Shown piece by piece: positions 19,614 through 30,030 of a stretch of DNA of 64,000 bases. The DNA lies in assembly GCA_021108075.1 (NCBI GenBank), contig JAIORP010000197.1, positions 20,509 to 84,508 on the forward strand, given 5' to 3'. The stretch is from Candidatus Omnitrophota bacterium (lineage in GTDB: Bacteria; Omnitrophota; Gorgyraeia; Zapsychrales; Zapsychraceae). The stretch's first letter is position 1. Each line of letters starts with the position of its first letter. Under the pieces are notes generated by a model, which was not told where the DNA came from, searched no databases, and was given only the letters and a program-made list of their open reading frames with translations. Both the position numbers and the translations under genes were made by a program.

Positions 19614-20908
19614 ACAATTTTTCAAAATTCAAAGACCTGGCCTTTGAACCTCCTGGCGTTATCGAAGAGACCCAAACAAAATTGATACAAAAACATCTTC
19701 TTTATAGTTTAAATAATTCCCCATTTTATAAAAAATCTTTAGGCAATATTATACGCGACGTTTCGCGAATAAGCCTTTCTAATTTTAAAGATGTTCCACT
19801 GACAAAAAAAACATCAATTGAAGCTGATAACGGCGGGTTTTGTGCGGTTGAAGCGGCCCGGATTGTGGATATCGTGCTTTCCTCAGGCACAACAGGACAA
19901 CCCATAAAAATTTTTTATACAGAACATGACTTGAAACGTCTTGCCTACAATGAAGAGAAATCATTTAGAGGGTGTGGTCTGACAAAAAACGATGTGGTCC
20001 TTCTGACATGCACCATGGATAGATGTTTTATCGCAGGATTGGCTTACTTCCTGGGGGTAAGGCGTTTGGGAGCGTCGGCTATTCGCAATGGTCACGGGAG
20101 TTTAGACAGCCATTCGGAGATAATTGACATGATGAAACCTACCGTAATCGTGGGGGTCCCATCATTTTTGAAAAAATTGGGTACGTATATGCAAACGGCA
20201 AAAAAAAATCCTTCCGGATCTTCAGTTTCAAAACTTATTTGCATTGGAGAACCTTTGCGCAATGAAAAAAATATGTTATTAGATATCGGCATCGAATTGG
20301 AAGCGACCTGGAATGCGAAAGCATATTCAACGTACGCTTCGTCAGAAACAATTACAACATTCTGTGAATGTCTCGAACAATGTGGCGGGCATTTACATCC
20401 TGACCTGGCAATCGTTGAGGTCATTGATGAAGAAGAAAATGTCCTCGGGGATAGAGACATCGGGCAAGTTGTTGTGACGCCTCTGGACATAGAAGGGATG
20501 CCTTTGATTCGTTACAAAACAGGCGATATCAGTTTTTTAATGAATGAACCTTGCCGGTGCGGGAGAAATTCAAAGCGTTTGGGGCCGATTCTGGGACGAA
20601 AAAAGCAGATGATGAAGGTTAAAGGCACAAAGTTGTATCCACAGGCTGTCTACGCGGCATTGGATAGCTTAAAAGCCGTTCAAGAGTATTACATTGAAGT
20701 GACCAGTGGTACCGAGCTCTCTGACAACTTAGTGGTGCATGTAGCGGTCAATGATCTTTCTTGTGATTTAGAGTTGTTACAGGACCGGCTGCAAACGCAT
20801 TTGCGTGTTAAACCAAACGTGATTTTAGAACGGGAAGATGTCATAAGAAAAATTGTTTATACCCAAGAAAACAGAAAACCAATTCGTTTTTTTGACAGGA
20901 GAAAATAA
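19610..20908 (+). CDS. Phenylacetate-CoA ligase (PaaK)-like AMP-dependent ligase
   Basis: SSGTTGQP, YASSE, PLIRYKTGD, CRCGR, VKGTKLYP. Confidence 0.9.
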   Translation: MNNFSKFKDLAFEPPGVIEETQTKLIQKHLLYSLNNSPFYKKSLGNIIRDVSRISLSNFKDVPLTKKTSIEADNGGFCAVEAARIVDIVLSSGTTGQPIKIFYTEHDLKRLAYNEEKSFRGCGLTKNDVVLLTCTMDRCFIAGLAYFLGVRRLGASAIRNGHGSLDSHSEIIDMMKPTVIVGVPSFLKKLGTYMQTAKKNPSGSSVSKLICIGEPLRNEKNMLLDIGIELEATWNAKAYSTYASSETITTFCECLEQCGGHLHPDLAIVEVIDEEENVLGDRDIGQVVVTPLDIEGMPLIRYKTGDISFLMNEPCRCGRNSKRLGPILGRKKQMMKVKGTKLYPQAVYAALDSLKAVQEYYIEVTSGTELSDNLVVHVAVNDLSCDLELLQDRLQTHLRVKPNVILEREDVIRKIVYTQENRKPIRFFDRRK

Positions 20909-22413
20909 TGTCTGATTGTCAAACACGTATGTTTAACGTCGAGTTCACGGATCAAGAAATCCGTGAGGCCAGCGACCGGGGCCGGTTGTTGTCAATGGAA
21001 ATTGAGTTTAGCACAAAATGTAATTTTAAATGCCCATATTGTTACGCAGTCGATGACTCGTTCATTGATAAGGAACTTGACAAAAAACAGATTGAAAATG
21101 TTATTCTACAGGCAAAAAATATGGGAGCCAGGAAGATCATCATTCTAGGGGGAGAACCATTGGTCTATTCTCACATCTTAGAAGTCTTGGCTTTTATTAG
21201 AGATCAAGGGTTGGAAGTGGAAATGTTCACGAATGGTTCAATGATCAATGAGGTTGTCGCTAATGCATTATTTGATCTTGGCATCAATGTGGTCTTGAAA
21301 ATGAATTCATTCACTAAAGACACACAGGATATGCTGACAGGCGTCCAGGGATCGCATATTATGATCAGGGAAGCGATCAATAATATTTTAAAAGCGGGTT
21401 ATCCATCCCAAAAGAAATATGTGGCCGTCAGCACGATCATATGTCGACAAAATATTCATGAGTTGGTCGATCTGTGGATATGGCTAAGAGAGAGGAATAT
21501 TATTCCATATTTTGAGATGATCACTCCCCAGGGTGAATTCAATAATCACAAATGGCTGGAAGTAGATTCTCTTGAATTGGAAAAATTGTTTAAAGAAATT
21601 GCTAAGGTTGATAAAGAAAACTACGGAAATGATTGGAACATTCAGCCTCCTCTTGTCGGGAACAAATGCTTCAGGCATCACTATTCTTGTTTTGTGAATG
21701 TAAAAGGAGATGTCCTGCCATGTGTGGGGGTTACAATCCCCATGGGTAATATTAAAAATAGAAGTTTAAAAAATATCCTGGAGACAAGTGAAGTCATCGA
21801 AGACCTTAAAGCATACAAAAAACTTATTAAAGGACCCTGCCGTGAATGTGAGCAGTTGGACAATTGTTATGGATGTCGAGGAGCAGCATATCAATTGACA
21901 GGGGATTATCTGGCGTCAGACCCTTTATGCTGGAAGAACTACGACAAAAAAGAACAGATTCTCAAACTTCCGATCAGTGTCGATGATATCATTCCTCAAA
22001 AAGCTCCGATGAAGGTTATTGATCAATTGGTTGCGGTGTATGACCGCAGGGCGGAAGCTTCCGTCTGCGTTTCTAAAGACATGCTGTTTGTTGAAAAATC
22101 GGGAGAATTGAATAGTGCCGTTTATTTGGAAATGATGGCGCAAACGATTGCCGCGTACAATTGTTTTAAGAAGATGGGAGATCCGGACTACAAGATGGAA
22201 GGGTTTTTGATAGGGGCGAAAAAGCTCGAAATACTCGGGAAAGCCAGTATCGGTGATAATTTAATGATTACAATTGAGAAAAAAGCAAGATTAGGTAATT
22301 TCGCAATTATTGATGGAAAAGTTATCAATCGGGATAAACTCCTGGCCAGAGGTGAAGTGAAAGTGTGGCATAGTGAGAGTCCGAAGGAAGGAAGGTTAAC
22401 ATTAGTCCAATGA
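20908..22413 (+). CDS. Radical SAM/SPASM protein fused to a C-terminal hot-dog (ApeP/FabZ-like) dehydratase domain
   Basis: CNFKCPYC, GGEPL; SPASM C..(GDVLPC)..CRECEQLDNCYGCR..DPLC; C-terminal IPQKAPMKVIDQL..EMMAQTIAA..GFLIG. Confidence 0.85.
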   Translation: MSDCQTRMFNVEFTDQEIREASDRGRLLSMEIEFSTKCNFKCPYCYAVDDSFIDKELDKKQIENVILQAKNMGARKIIILGGEPLVYSHILEVLAFIRDQGLEVEMFTNGSMINEVVANALFDLGINVVLKMNSFTKDTQDMLTGVQGSHIMIREAINNILKAGYPSQKKYVAVSTIICRQNIHELVDLWIWLRERNIIPYFEMITPQGEFNNHKWLEVDSLELEKLFKEIAKVDKENYGNDWNIQPPLVGNKCFRHHYSCFVNVKGDVLPCVGVTIPMGNIKNRSLKNILETSEVIEDLKAYKKLIKGPCRECEQLDNCYGCRGAAYQLTGDYLASDPLCWKNYDKKEQILKLPISVDDIIPQKAPMKVIDQLVAVYDRRAEASVCVSKDMLFVEKSGELNSAVYLEMMAQTIAAYNCFKKMGDPDYKMEGFLIGAKKLEILGKASIGDNLMITIEKKARLGNFAIIDGKVINRDKLLARGEVKVWHSESPKEGRLTLVQ

Positions 22414-23069
22414 AAAAAGACAGAATTATTTTTTTAATTGTTTTTTTATTTCTTGCTGCCTTCAGGGTTGCATCAGGGTATTGCCAAAAGACGGATGTCG
22501 ACTTGATCAAGAACCTTAAGCTTATTGAAAGCAAGATGTCAAACATCAACACATTGACAACAAAATTTGTGCAAATAAAAGATCTTTCTCTATTCAAGCA
22601 AAAACTTGAGATCAAAGGGTCGTTGTATTTAAAAAAACCGTCATCATTCGCGTGGCATATTGATGTCCCTCTGAAGCAGAGGATCATCCTGGAAAAAAAT
22701 ATCGTCAAACAATGGGATGAAGACACAAATCAAGTCCAGAAAATTAATTTAGATAAAAACCCGTCCTTTAGTATCATGACCGATCAAATGAAACGCTGGG
22801 TTTCTGGTTCCTATTTGTCTCTTGTTGATGAATACGAGATCGAAATAGTACAATCTTCACCGATAAGACTGAAATTCACTCCATTAGAGAATTCAATGGC
22901 TTTTAAAATGATAAAAAGCATCGTGATTCTCTTTCAGGAAGATGAGACATATATTGAATCTATTGTTATCTCAGAAACAAACGGTGACTCAACAAAATTT
23001 CAATTCTTAGAAACGTCCCTTAACGTGGCATTGGATCCTCAAGCGTGGAAGATAAAACCAAGTGATTGA
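22410..23069 (+). CDS. LolA-like outer-membrane lipoprotein/lipid carrier
   Basis: Signal peptide; FVQIK...GSLYLKKPSSFAW...P; NGDST.F.F. Confidence 0.85.
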   Translation: MKKDRIIFLIVFLFLAAFRVASGYCQKTDVDLIKNLKLIESKMSNINTLTTKFVQIKDLSLFKQKLEIKGSLYLKKPSSFAWHIDVPLKQRIILEKNIVKQWDEDTNQVQKINLDKNPSFSIMTDQMKRWVSGSYLSLVDEYEIEIVQSSPIRLKFTPLENSMAFKMIKSIVILFQEDETYIESIVISETNGDSTKFQFLETSLNVALDPQAWKIKPSD

Positions 23070-25440
23070 TCGTTTGTTCAGTAAAATATATTTAGCTTTA
23101 AGAAAAAGACAGAGGCTGACAATTCTTTTTGTTGCCTTTATATTTATTTTTTCATTTTTTCGCTTGTTCGCTGTCCCATTTAACAACAATGTTGAACTCA
23201 TGCTCCCCGATGATGCGGAGTTTACCCGATCTTTGAAATTTTTAAGAGAATCCAATTTTTCAGACAAGGTTGTTTTGTCTCTAAGTCTAAAGGACGCGGA
23301 TCATTCAGTTTCTGATCTTTTAAAGGTTGCGGATCAATTCAAAAAAAATTTAAAACCACCTCTGGTTGAAAAAATTGAATCAGGAATATTGGAAAAAGAA
23401 ATTCTGGATGATATCAACCAATTCCTGGTCTACGTTCCGCAAATTGTTGCTAAAGGGGATCTTTCCGCTATTGAAAGCCGGGTTACACCCGAGCATGTAA
23501 ATGAGAAGCTGAAGCAGGGATATAAAAATATGCTTTCAATGAACAGCATGTTCCTCAAGTCCTTCATAGAAAATGATCCCCTGGGCGTGAAAATTCAATA
23601 CTTCCAAAAAATGAAAGAGCTGGGAGAGTCGATCGGTTATAAGGCCAAGTTCAAGGATGGTCATTTTATCAGCCTTGATGACAGGCACATTATGTTGATA
23701 TTGACGACACCGATTCTGATAACAGACAGCGCGGGGGCAAGAAAACTCATTAATTATATCCATGCCCAAATTGACATGTTACCGGAATATATCAATGTCG
23801 ATATTATTAGCGGACATTTACATACATTAAGCAATGAAGACATTATAAAGAAAGATATAGCAAAAACGGTTTTTGCCGCATCGTTAATGCTTCTCGTCCT
23901 TCTGGTTATTGTATTCAGAAGCGCGCGGGCGTTACTGGTGTTTATTATTCCTGCTGTCGCGATTCTTATCTCTATGAACTTAACGTCGATGATGATCGGC
24001 GCACTTTCGTCTTTCATTGTCGGTTTAGCGGCTGTCATCGCGGGGATTACGGTTGATTATGGCATTCATATCTATCTGGCGATGCACGCAGGTGGCTTGC
24101 GCAAAGTTAATAAGATCTCCCGACCTGTTATGGTTGGTGTCTTTACGACAATGGGAGTCTTTGCGTCATTCTTCTTTTCCAGTATTTATGGCTACCAACA
24201 GTTCGCGCTTCTGACAAATTTGAGCATTGTGATCAGTATCTTCTTTTATTTGTTCATTCTGCCGGGACTATTTTATAAAAAGAACGAAAATATTCCCCTT
24301 ATAAAAATCAATTTTCGTAAAGAAAATCCGATATTTCATGATAGTGTCATTGTCTTTTTGTGGTTGATCGTACTGGGCTGTTTTATGTTCTTTTCACAAC
24401 ATTCAACATTCAGCAATGATGTGAGAGTCTATGATGGAAGTTCCGAAGAAATTTTTAAGGCGGAAGATCGTTTTCACCAGACATGGGGAGGGGGGGACGA
24501 ATTCGCGATGATGGTCGCGCAGGCTGACACATTGCAAGATGTTCTTAAATTGAATGAAGAGCTCAATACGCGATTAAAAAGAAGTTTTGAAAATGCAAAA
24601 GTCGCGAACATCGCTGAGGTGTATCCTTCGAAAAAAACAAGAGAAAAAAATTTATTGAGGTGGAATTCACTCTGGAAAAACAAACTCGAAGGAAAAACAA
24701 AAAAACTTCTAAAAGAGCAGGGCATGAAATTTGGATATTCAAAAAACGCATTTAAGCCATTCTTCGATGAGCTTTATAATAGCAGTGTGGCAGATGATGA
24801 AACAAAGGAACCAAAATTATTGGATAAAGTCAAAAACCGGTTCTTACAAAAAACAAAGAATGGATTTTATGCGATATCTTATTTTTCTGATAAAGAAGCC
24901 TTAATCGATAAGGCTCAAAAAATAAGCAAGAAAATGGCCGGCACGTTCATTATTTCAAGAAAAAATATGACGAAATCGATCTCTGAATCCGTTTATCAAG
25001 AAGTGAAGAAGCTTTCCTGGATAGCCGGGTCTTTGATCGTCATATTAACGATCTTATTGCTGAAAAACATTCGATTGACTTTGCTGGCGTTGATTCCGGT
25101 TGTGACAAGTGTTTTTATGATCCTTGGAGGGTTTTCCCTGTTGGGCTATGCCCTCAACGCGCCTTCTATGGTCGCGATTCTTGTTGTTGTTGGACTCTGT
25201 ATTGATTATGGAGTTTTCATGGTTTATGACTGCAAGTTTAAACTCGAAGCAGGCACATTGTTGGCGGTGACGTTGTCCGCGATGACAACCATTGTCGGAG
25301 GAAGCGTCCTTTTACTGGCCACGCATCCGGTCCTGTTTTATGTGGGCGTGACGATGGCAATCGGCATATTCTCTGGATATTTGGTCGCAGCTTTTGTCAT
25401 CCCGGCATGCTATCGATTATGGATTTCTCCGAGGGGGTAA
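23062..25440 (+). CDS. MMPL/RND-family lipid exporter
   Basis: Two repeats of soluble domain + 5-6 TM with GITVDYGIH and GLCIDYGVF motifs. Confidence 0.9.
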   Translation: MIDRLFSKIYLALRKRQRLTILFVAFIFIFSFFRLFAVPFNNNVELMLPDDAEFTRSLKFLRESNFSDKVVLSLSLKDADHSVSDLLKVADQFKKNLKPPLVEKIESGILEKEILDDINQFLVYVPQIVAKGDLSAIESRVTPEHVNEKLKQGYKNMLSMNSMFLKSFIENDPLGVKIQYFQKMKELGESIGYKAKFKDGHFISLDDRHIMLILTTPILITDSAGARKLINYIHAQIDMLPEYINVDIISGHLHTLSNEDIIKKDIAKTVFAASLMLLVLLVIVFRSARALLVFIIPAVAILISMNLTSMMIGALSSFIVGLAAVIAGITVDYGIHIYLAMHAGGLRKVNKISRPVMVGVFTTMGVFASFFFSSIYGYQQFALLTNLSIVISIFFYLFILPGLFYKKNENIPLIKINFRKENPIFHDSVIVFLWLIVLGCFMFFSQHSTFSNDVRVYDGSSEEIFKAEDRFHQTWGGGDEFAMMVAQADTLQDVLKLNEELNTRLKRSFENAKVANIAEVYPSKKTREKNLLRWNSLWKNKLEGKTKKLLKEQGMKFGYSKNAFKPFFDELYNSSVADDETKEPKLLDKVKNRFLQKTKNGFYAISYFSDKEALIDKAQKISKKMAGTFIISRKNMTKSISESVYQEVKKLSWIAGSLIVILTILLLKNIRLTLLALIPVVTSVFMILGGFSLLGYALNAPSMVAILVVVGLCIDYGVFMVYDCKFKLEAGTLLAVTLSAMTTIVGGSVLLLATHPVLFYVGVTMAIGIFSGYLVAAFVIPACYRLWISPRG

Positions 25441-25442
25441 CA

Positions 25443-26108
25443 GTGCGAAAACAATTCTGGATTTTCTTATTATGTCTGTGCTTGATCGGCGGATGTGGTT
25501 TTGTGCCCTTTAAAGGAACAGCATACGTGTTGCTTGTCGACAGCACGCCCGATGAGATATTACAAAAGCATAGCGCGTTGACGCCGGATAGCTTTAAGGT
25601 TATCAATACGGTTATATTTCAGTTCAGGACAAAAAAATTTTTATCTCTTGGATATCTTTCGGTTGACACGAGTGAGAAGTCCTTTGAATTGGCCGGCATG
25701 AATTCAGTTGGGATAAAGCTCATTGAAATTGCGGCTAAAAACAAAGAGATCCTTGTCAATAATGTGATTGATGAAATTTCAAAGAGAGGTGATGTCGCGA
25801 AGGTTCTGGTTAGCGATATCGATCGCATTTATTTTCACTCGATACCAGCCAATAATGCACGGACGCGTTTGAAAAAAAAAGAAGTTGTGTTTATACAAGA
25901 CGACATCACGGGAAGGACGGAATATACTTTTGCCGGCAAAGGCAATCATTTGGTCGAGAAAACGCGTTACGATGGAAAGATGAAAACCTGGTCTGTTCAA
26001 TATTATGAATACATGGACAAGGACGGCAAGGTCTATCCCAAAGGGATCATTTATAAAAACCACAAATATAAGTATAAGTTAATCATTACGATAAAAGAGA
26101 TCATATGA
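25443..26108 (+). CDS. DUF3261-like lipoprotein of polyene/lipid clusters
   Basis: GTG start right after the MMPL stop; lipobox LIGGC; G.KL.E and L..DI..IY pattern; cluster context. Confidence 0.65.
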   Translation: MRKQFWIFLLCLCLIGGCGFVPFKGTAYVLLVDSTPDEILQKHSALTPDSFKVINTVIFQFRTKKFLSLGYLSVDTSEKSFELAGMNSVGIKLIEIAAKNKEILVNNVIDEISKRGDVAKVLVSDIDRIYFHSIPANNARTRLKKKEVVFIQDDITGRTEYTFAGKGNHLVEKTRYDGKMKTWSVQYYEYMDKDGKVYPKGIIYKNHKYKYKLIITIKEII

Positions 26109-26476
26109 AAACGTATTTAATTGACGATATCAACAGGTGTTTAAAGGATATGGATATCATTGATATTCGTATGCTAAGAGCAAAATTTGTCTTCGACGAA
26201 AATTTTGTAGGATTTAAAGGTCATTTCGAAAACAATCCCGTTCTGCCGGGTGTTTGCAAAATCCTTGCCAGCATTGAAGCTATCAAGAGGTGGAAAAAAA
26301 AAGAGGACCTTAATCTCATAGAGATCAAATCTGCGAAATTCTTTATGCCGGTCACATGTAATGAGGAATTGATATTTAATTGTTTGGATAATGAAGCTCC
26401 GGTCGGTTATTCCATCAACGTTAAAATTGCAAGGGGAGAAGAAAAAGTATCGGAATTGAAATTGAAATTATCATAA
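26105..26476 (+). CDS. FabZ/ApeI-like hot-dog 3-hydroxyacyl-ACP dehydratase
   Basis: FKGHFENNPVLPGV, KFFMPV. Confidence 0.85.
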   Translation: MKTYLIDDINRCLKDMDIIDIRMLRAKFVFDENFVGFKGHFENNPVLPGVCKILASIEAIKRWKKKEDLNLIEIKSAKFFMPVTCNEELIFNCLDNEAPVGYSINVKIARGEEKVSELKLKLS

Positions 26477-26489
26477 AAGAGGTTAGAAA

Positions 26490-26966
26490 ATGAGAAGAAA
26501 ATCAGGAAAATATTTTGACAGAATTCCCGCGGACCCGGATCCGTTGACTGTGCGCGTTAAGAAAAGAGTTAGTTTCAGCGATGTGGATATCATGGGAATT
26601 GTCTGGCATGGCAGATATACAAAATACTTTGAAGAAGGGTTTGCCGCGATCGGCCGAGAATTTAGTCTCTCATATAAAGAATTTTATGAATCTGGTTTGC
26701 GTGCCCCAATCGTGCAAATGCATGTTGATTATCATTCGCCCTTGATCCTTGATGAAATTTGCACAATTGAGGCGAGGATGATTTGGAACGACGGCGCGAG
26801 GATTAATATTGAATATACGATCATTAAAGAAGACGGGCAGGTTGCGGCAACCGGATACACGATACAAATGTTCATTGACGCGGAATCTCAGGAACATTTC
26901 ATCGTGACACCGCCTTTGTTGGAGAATTGTCGTAATAAATGGATTAACGGTGAATACGCGTGTTGA
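26490..26966 (+). CDS. Acyl-CoA/ACP thioesterase (4HBT/YbgC family)
   Basis: VSFSDVDIMGIVWHGRYTKYFE, APIV...VDY..PL. Confidence 0.9.
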   Translation: MRRKSGKYFDRIPADPDPLTVRVKKRVSFSDVDIMGIVWHGRYTKYFEEGFAAIGREFSLSYKEFYESGLRAPIVQMHVDYHSPLILDEICTIEARMIWNDGARINIEYTIIKEDGQVAATGYTIQMFIDAESQEHFIVTPPLLENCRNKWINGEYAC

Positions 26967-28096
26967 AAACAGATCCCGTCATCGTTGATTACAATGCCAT
27001 GACTCCATATGGCGAAGGCATCGATGTTTGCTGGCGGGGTTTAATGAATAACCGGACTTCAATCACGGACATTGAACGTTTTGACGCCGGCCATTTCATC
27101 TCCAATAAAGCCGCTACGATCAAGACCGTAACTTTTGGGAATGAAAAATCACTTGTGTGGCAGATGCTCGAAAGGCTTAAAAAAAATATTAACAATGAAA
27201 TCCCACAAGACGCCGACTTGCTGCTGGCTTCTTTAAATGGTGAGATTGAGTTTATTGAGAGAGAACTATTAACGGACAATGACTGTTCTCAAGAAAGCCG
27301 TCTGGATCTTTTATTAGCAAAGACACAGGATCTTTTCAGACTTAAAGGAACGGGAATGGTCATTTCAGCGGCATGCGCATCATCAAGTATCGCTATTGCT
27401 AAAGCCGCGTCGATGATAACTTCCGGTCAAAGTAGTTGTGTCTTGGTTTTAGCTTGTGATTGCGTCAGTGAATTCATCATATCCGGGTTTTCCGCTCTGA
27501 TGGCTTTAGATAAACATTGCGCGCGCCCTTTTGACATAAAAAGAGCGGGGCTGAATATCGGCGAAGCAGCCGGTTATCTTCTTATGATGAGTCAGGAAAG
27601 AGCTGAAAAAGAAGGCAGAAAAACCGCAGGTAAAGTAAGGGGTTGGGGCATGTCCTGTGACGCAAATCATATGACGGGTCCATCGACAGACGGCGAAGGT
27701 TTGTTTCTTGCGATTAAGCAAGCATTGGATCGGGGAGGAGTTCCGTCGGAGAAAATACGTAGTATCTGTGCTCATGGGACAGGAACAGTTTACAATGATG
27801 CCATGGAAATTACAGCATATAAACGTATATTTTCAGAAAGAGTTTGCCCAACCTACTCCATCAAAGGTGGCATTGGACATACAATGGGAGCGGCAGGTCT
27901 CATGGATATTCTTGTCGTATTAGAAACGATTAAAAATGCCGTTTTGCCACCCACGGTAGGTGTAAAGGAAATCGCGAAAGAAGCTGTCGGATGGGTTAAG
28001 AAAAAAAAAGTTTGTTTACATAATGATGTCGTTCTATCAACAAACTCCGGTTTCGGCGGGATAAATTCCGCGTTGATCATAGAAACCTGCACATAA
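26960..28096 (+). CDS. Beta-ketoacyl-ACP synthase 2, catalytic triad intact
   Basis: AACASS, RPFD.KRAGLNIGE, AHGTGT, GHTMGAAG, GFGG. Confidence 0.9.
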   Translation: MLKTDPVIVDYNAMTPYGEGIDVCWRGLMNNRTSITDIERFDAGHFISNKAATIKTVTFGNEKSLVWQMLERLKKNINNEIPQDADLLLASLNGEIEFIERELLTDNDCSQESRLDLLLAKTQDLFRLKGTGMVISAACASSSIAIAKAASMITSGQSSCVLVLACDCVSEFIISGFSALMALDKHCARPFDIKRAGLNIGEAAGYLLMMSQERAEKEGRKTAGKVRGWGMSCDANHMTGPSTDGEGLFLAIKQALDRGGVPSEKIRSICAHGTGTVYNDAMEITAYKRIFSERVCPTYSIKGGIGHTMGAAGLMDILVVLETIKNAVLPPTVGVKEIAKEAVGWVKKKKVCLHNDVVLSTNSGFGGINSALIIETCT

Positions 28097-28116
28097 AAAA
28101 CTAAACATAAGGAAAT

Positions 28117-28785
28117 ATGATTGGAATACGAGGGATAGGTTGGATTACAAAAAATAAGTTCGGGAGTGTGTTCAAAAAAGAGATAACGGAATATGCGGAC
28201 AAAGCAGACGTGTACTCTTTGTTTAAAAAGCAGTCGATTATCCCGGAGTCTTTTAGGCATTTCGGACGATTTGACAGGGTCTCGAAAAACACGTGCCTGG
28301 CTATTTCTTCGGGTTTGTTTGACGCGGATGTTTACTGTTCAAAAGAAACAAAGCCTGATTTAGGCATCCTGAGCACCAATTCAAAAGGCTGTTTACAGTC
28401 AAATATAAACTACTTCAAAGATTACATTGACTGCGGCAGGAGGCTATCACGAGGAAATTTATTTATTTTTACTTTGCCGTCGACACCAATAGCTGAATCT
28501 GCCATCATCTTTGGCTGCCAGGGGCCAATCGCGCATTTAACTTTCAAAGATGACCAGACCCCATCCATTCTCGAACATGGAAGAATGATGATTTCACAAA
28601 AAGAAGCAAAAGAACTTTTAATCGTCAACGCGAATGAAGAAGAAGCGATATGTTTTTATATAAAAGAACATGCCCACGCGTTTGAAAATGAATATATGTC
28701 ATTAGAGCAATTGCAAGAATCATTCACAGATACGGAGGAGTTATCTGAAATCATACTGAGGATCTCAGAAAAAGGAACAGAATGA
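28117..28785 (+). CDS. Truncated non-catalytic ketosynthase (chain-length-factor-like partner)
   Basis: I.GIGWIT, FGRFDRVSK, FIFTLPS...FG..GP (KS N-terminal fold); no catalytic Cys/His motifs. Confidence 0.75.
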   Translation: MIGIRGIGWITKNKFGSVFKKEITEYADKADVYSLFKKQSIIPESFRHFGRFDRVSKNTCLAISSGLFDADVYCSKETKPDLGILSTNSKGCLQSNINYFKDYIDCGRRLSRGNLFIFTLPSTPIAESAIIFGCQGPIAHLTFKDDQTPSILEHGRMMISQKEAKELLIVNANEEEAICFYIKEHAHAFENEYMSLEQLQESFTDTEELSEIILRISEKGTE

Positions 28786-30023
28786 AAATATTAATCATAT
28801 ATCCGAAATGGCCAAAGCTAAAAGAGCAGACAGCATTTAATTTGCCTCCTCATGGTCCTGTTTGTTTCGCCGCGACTCTTGATCCCCGGATCGACGTTAA
28901 ATTTGTTGATGAGAATGTAGAAGAAATCGATTTCAGTGAAAAAGCGGACCTAATCGCTATGTCCGTAATGTTGACCTGTCAAATGCCCCGGGCCTGGGAA
29001 GTGGCAGATAAATTCCGGACAATGGGGAAAAAAGTCATTTTTGGCGGTATCGCGACAATGCTTCATTCTAATGAAACCATTCCCCATGCGGACGCGGTGT
29101 TTTTGGGAGAAGCGGAAGGGTTCATTGAAAAAGTTATTAAAGATTTTAAGGATGGGAAATTGAAACAGGTTTATAATTTTCAATCTCAACTACCAGATAT
29201 ATCTCTGGTTGGTACGGCACGAAGAGACATCCTTAACCATGAATTGTATAATTTCCGAGGAGTACAAATGGTTGATCTTGTGCACATGTCCAGGGGATGC
29301 AAATTCAATTGTTTTCCGTGCTGTTCGATGTTCTTAGGAGGCAAGCGTTTTAGACCTCGACCGATCGACAAAGTCATTCAGGAATTAGAAAGCATCGACA
29401 ACAACCGATTGTTTATCGTTGATAATTCGTTGGCGCAAGATGATGAATGGGAAAAAGACTTATTTAGAGAAATCGCGCCATTGAAAAAGAAATGGGTTTC
29501 TCATCCTATCAAAGATAATGATGAAATTCTTGATCTTGCCGCCAAGGCAGGCTGTTGGTATGTCTATCAAGCGATCGTGGATACGTCTGATCATATGCGA
29601 GATAAGGTGAAGCGGTTAAAAGACAGAGGAATCGGCGTGGAGGGAACAATTCTTCTCGGACTCGAACATCATAATGAGGACTACATCAAGCGCCTGGTCG
29701 ATTTCTTAATGGAAATTGAGCTGGATCTCGCCGAATTCACCATTTTAACTCCTTTTCCGCACACACCGTTTAGAAAAGAAATGCACGAGCAGGGAAGGAT
29801 CCTGCATGATGACTGGATCAAATACACCTGTGGCGAAGTTGTTTTCAAGCCAAAGTTGATGTCCGTCGATTCCTTGAAGAAGATGTATCACTACGCATGG
29901 GACACATTTTATAGTGATTGCTGCCAGGAAATCAAAATGGCGAAATTATTCATGGATGTTATAAAAAAAGAAAAAACGGATGGCACATTTAAGAAGCAAA
30001 AATTAAAAGCTGGAAGGTGGTAA
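28782..30023 (+). CDS. Cobalamin-dependent radical SAM protein
   Basis: B12-binding N-terminus (DENVEE, VIFGG..T, DAVFLGEAE); SRGCKFNCFPC; ILTPFPHTP. Confidence 0.9.
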   Translation: MKILIIYPKWPKLKEQTAFNLPPHGPVCFAATLDPRIDVKFVDENVEEIDFSEKADLIAMSVMLTCQMPRAWEVADKFRTMGKKVIFGGIATMLHSNETIPHADAVFLGEAEGFIEKVIKDFKDGKLKQVYNFQSQLPDISLVGTARRDILNHELYNFRGVQMVDLVHMSRGCKFNCFPCCSMFLGGKRFRPRPIDKVIQELESIDNNRLFIVDNSLAQDDEWEKDLFREIAPLKKKWVSHPIKDNDEILDLAAKAGCWYVYQAIVDTSDHMRDKVKRLKDRGIGVEGTILLGLEHHNEDYIKRLVDFLMEIELDLAEFTILTPFPHTPFRKEMHEQGRILHDDWIKYTCGEVVFKPKLMSVDSLKKMYHYAWDTFYSDCCQEIKMAKLFMDVIKKEKTDGTFKKQKLKAGRW

Positions 30024-30030
30024 ATAAACG

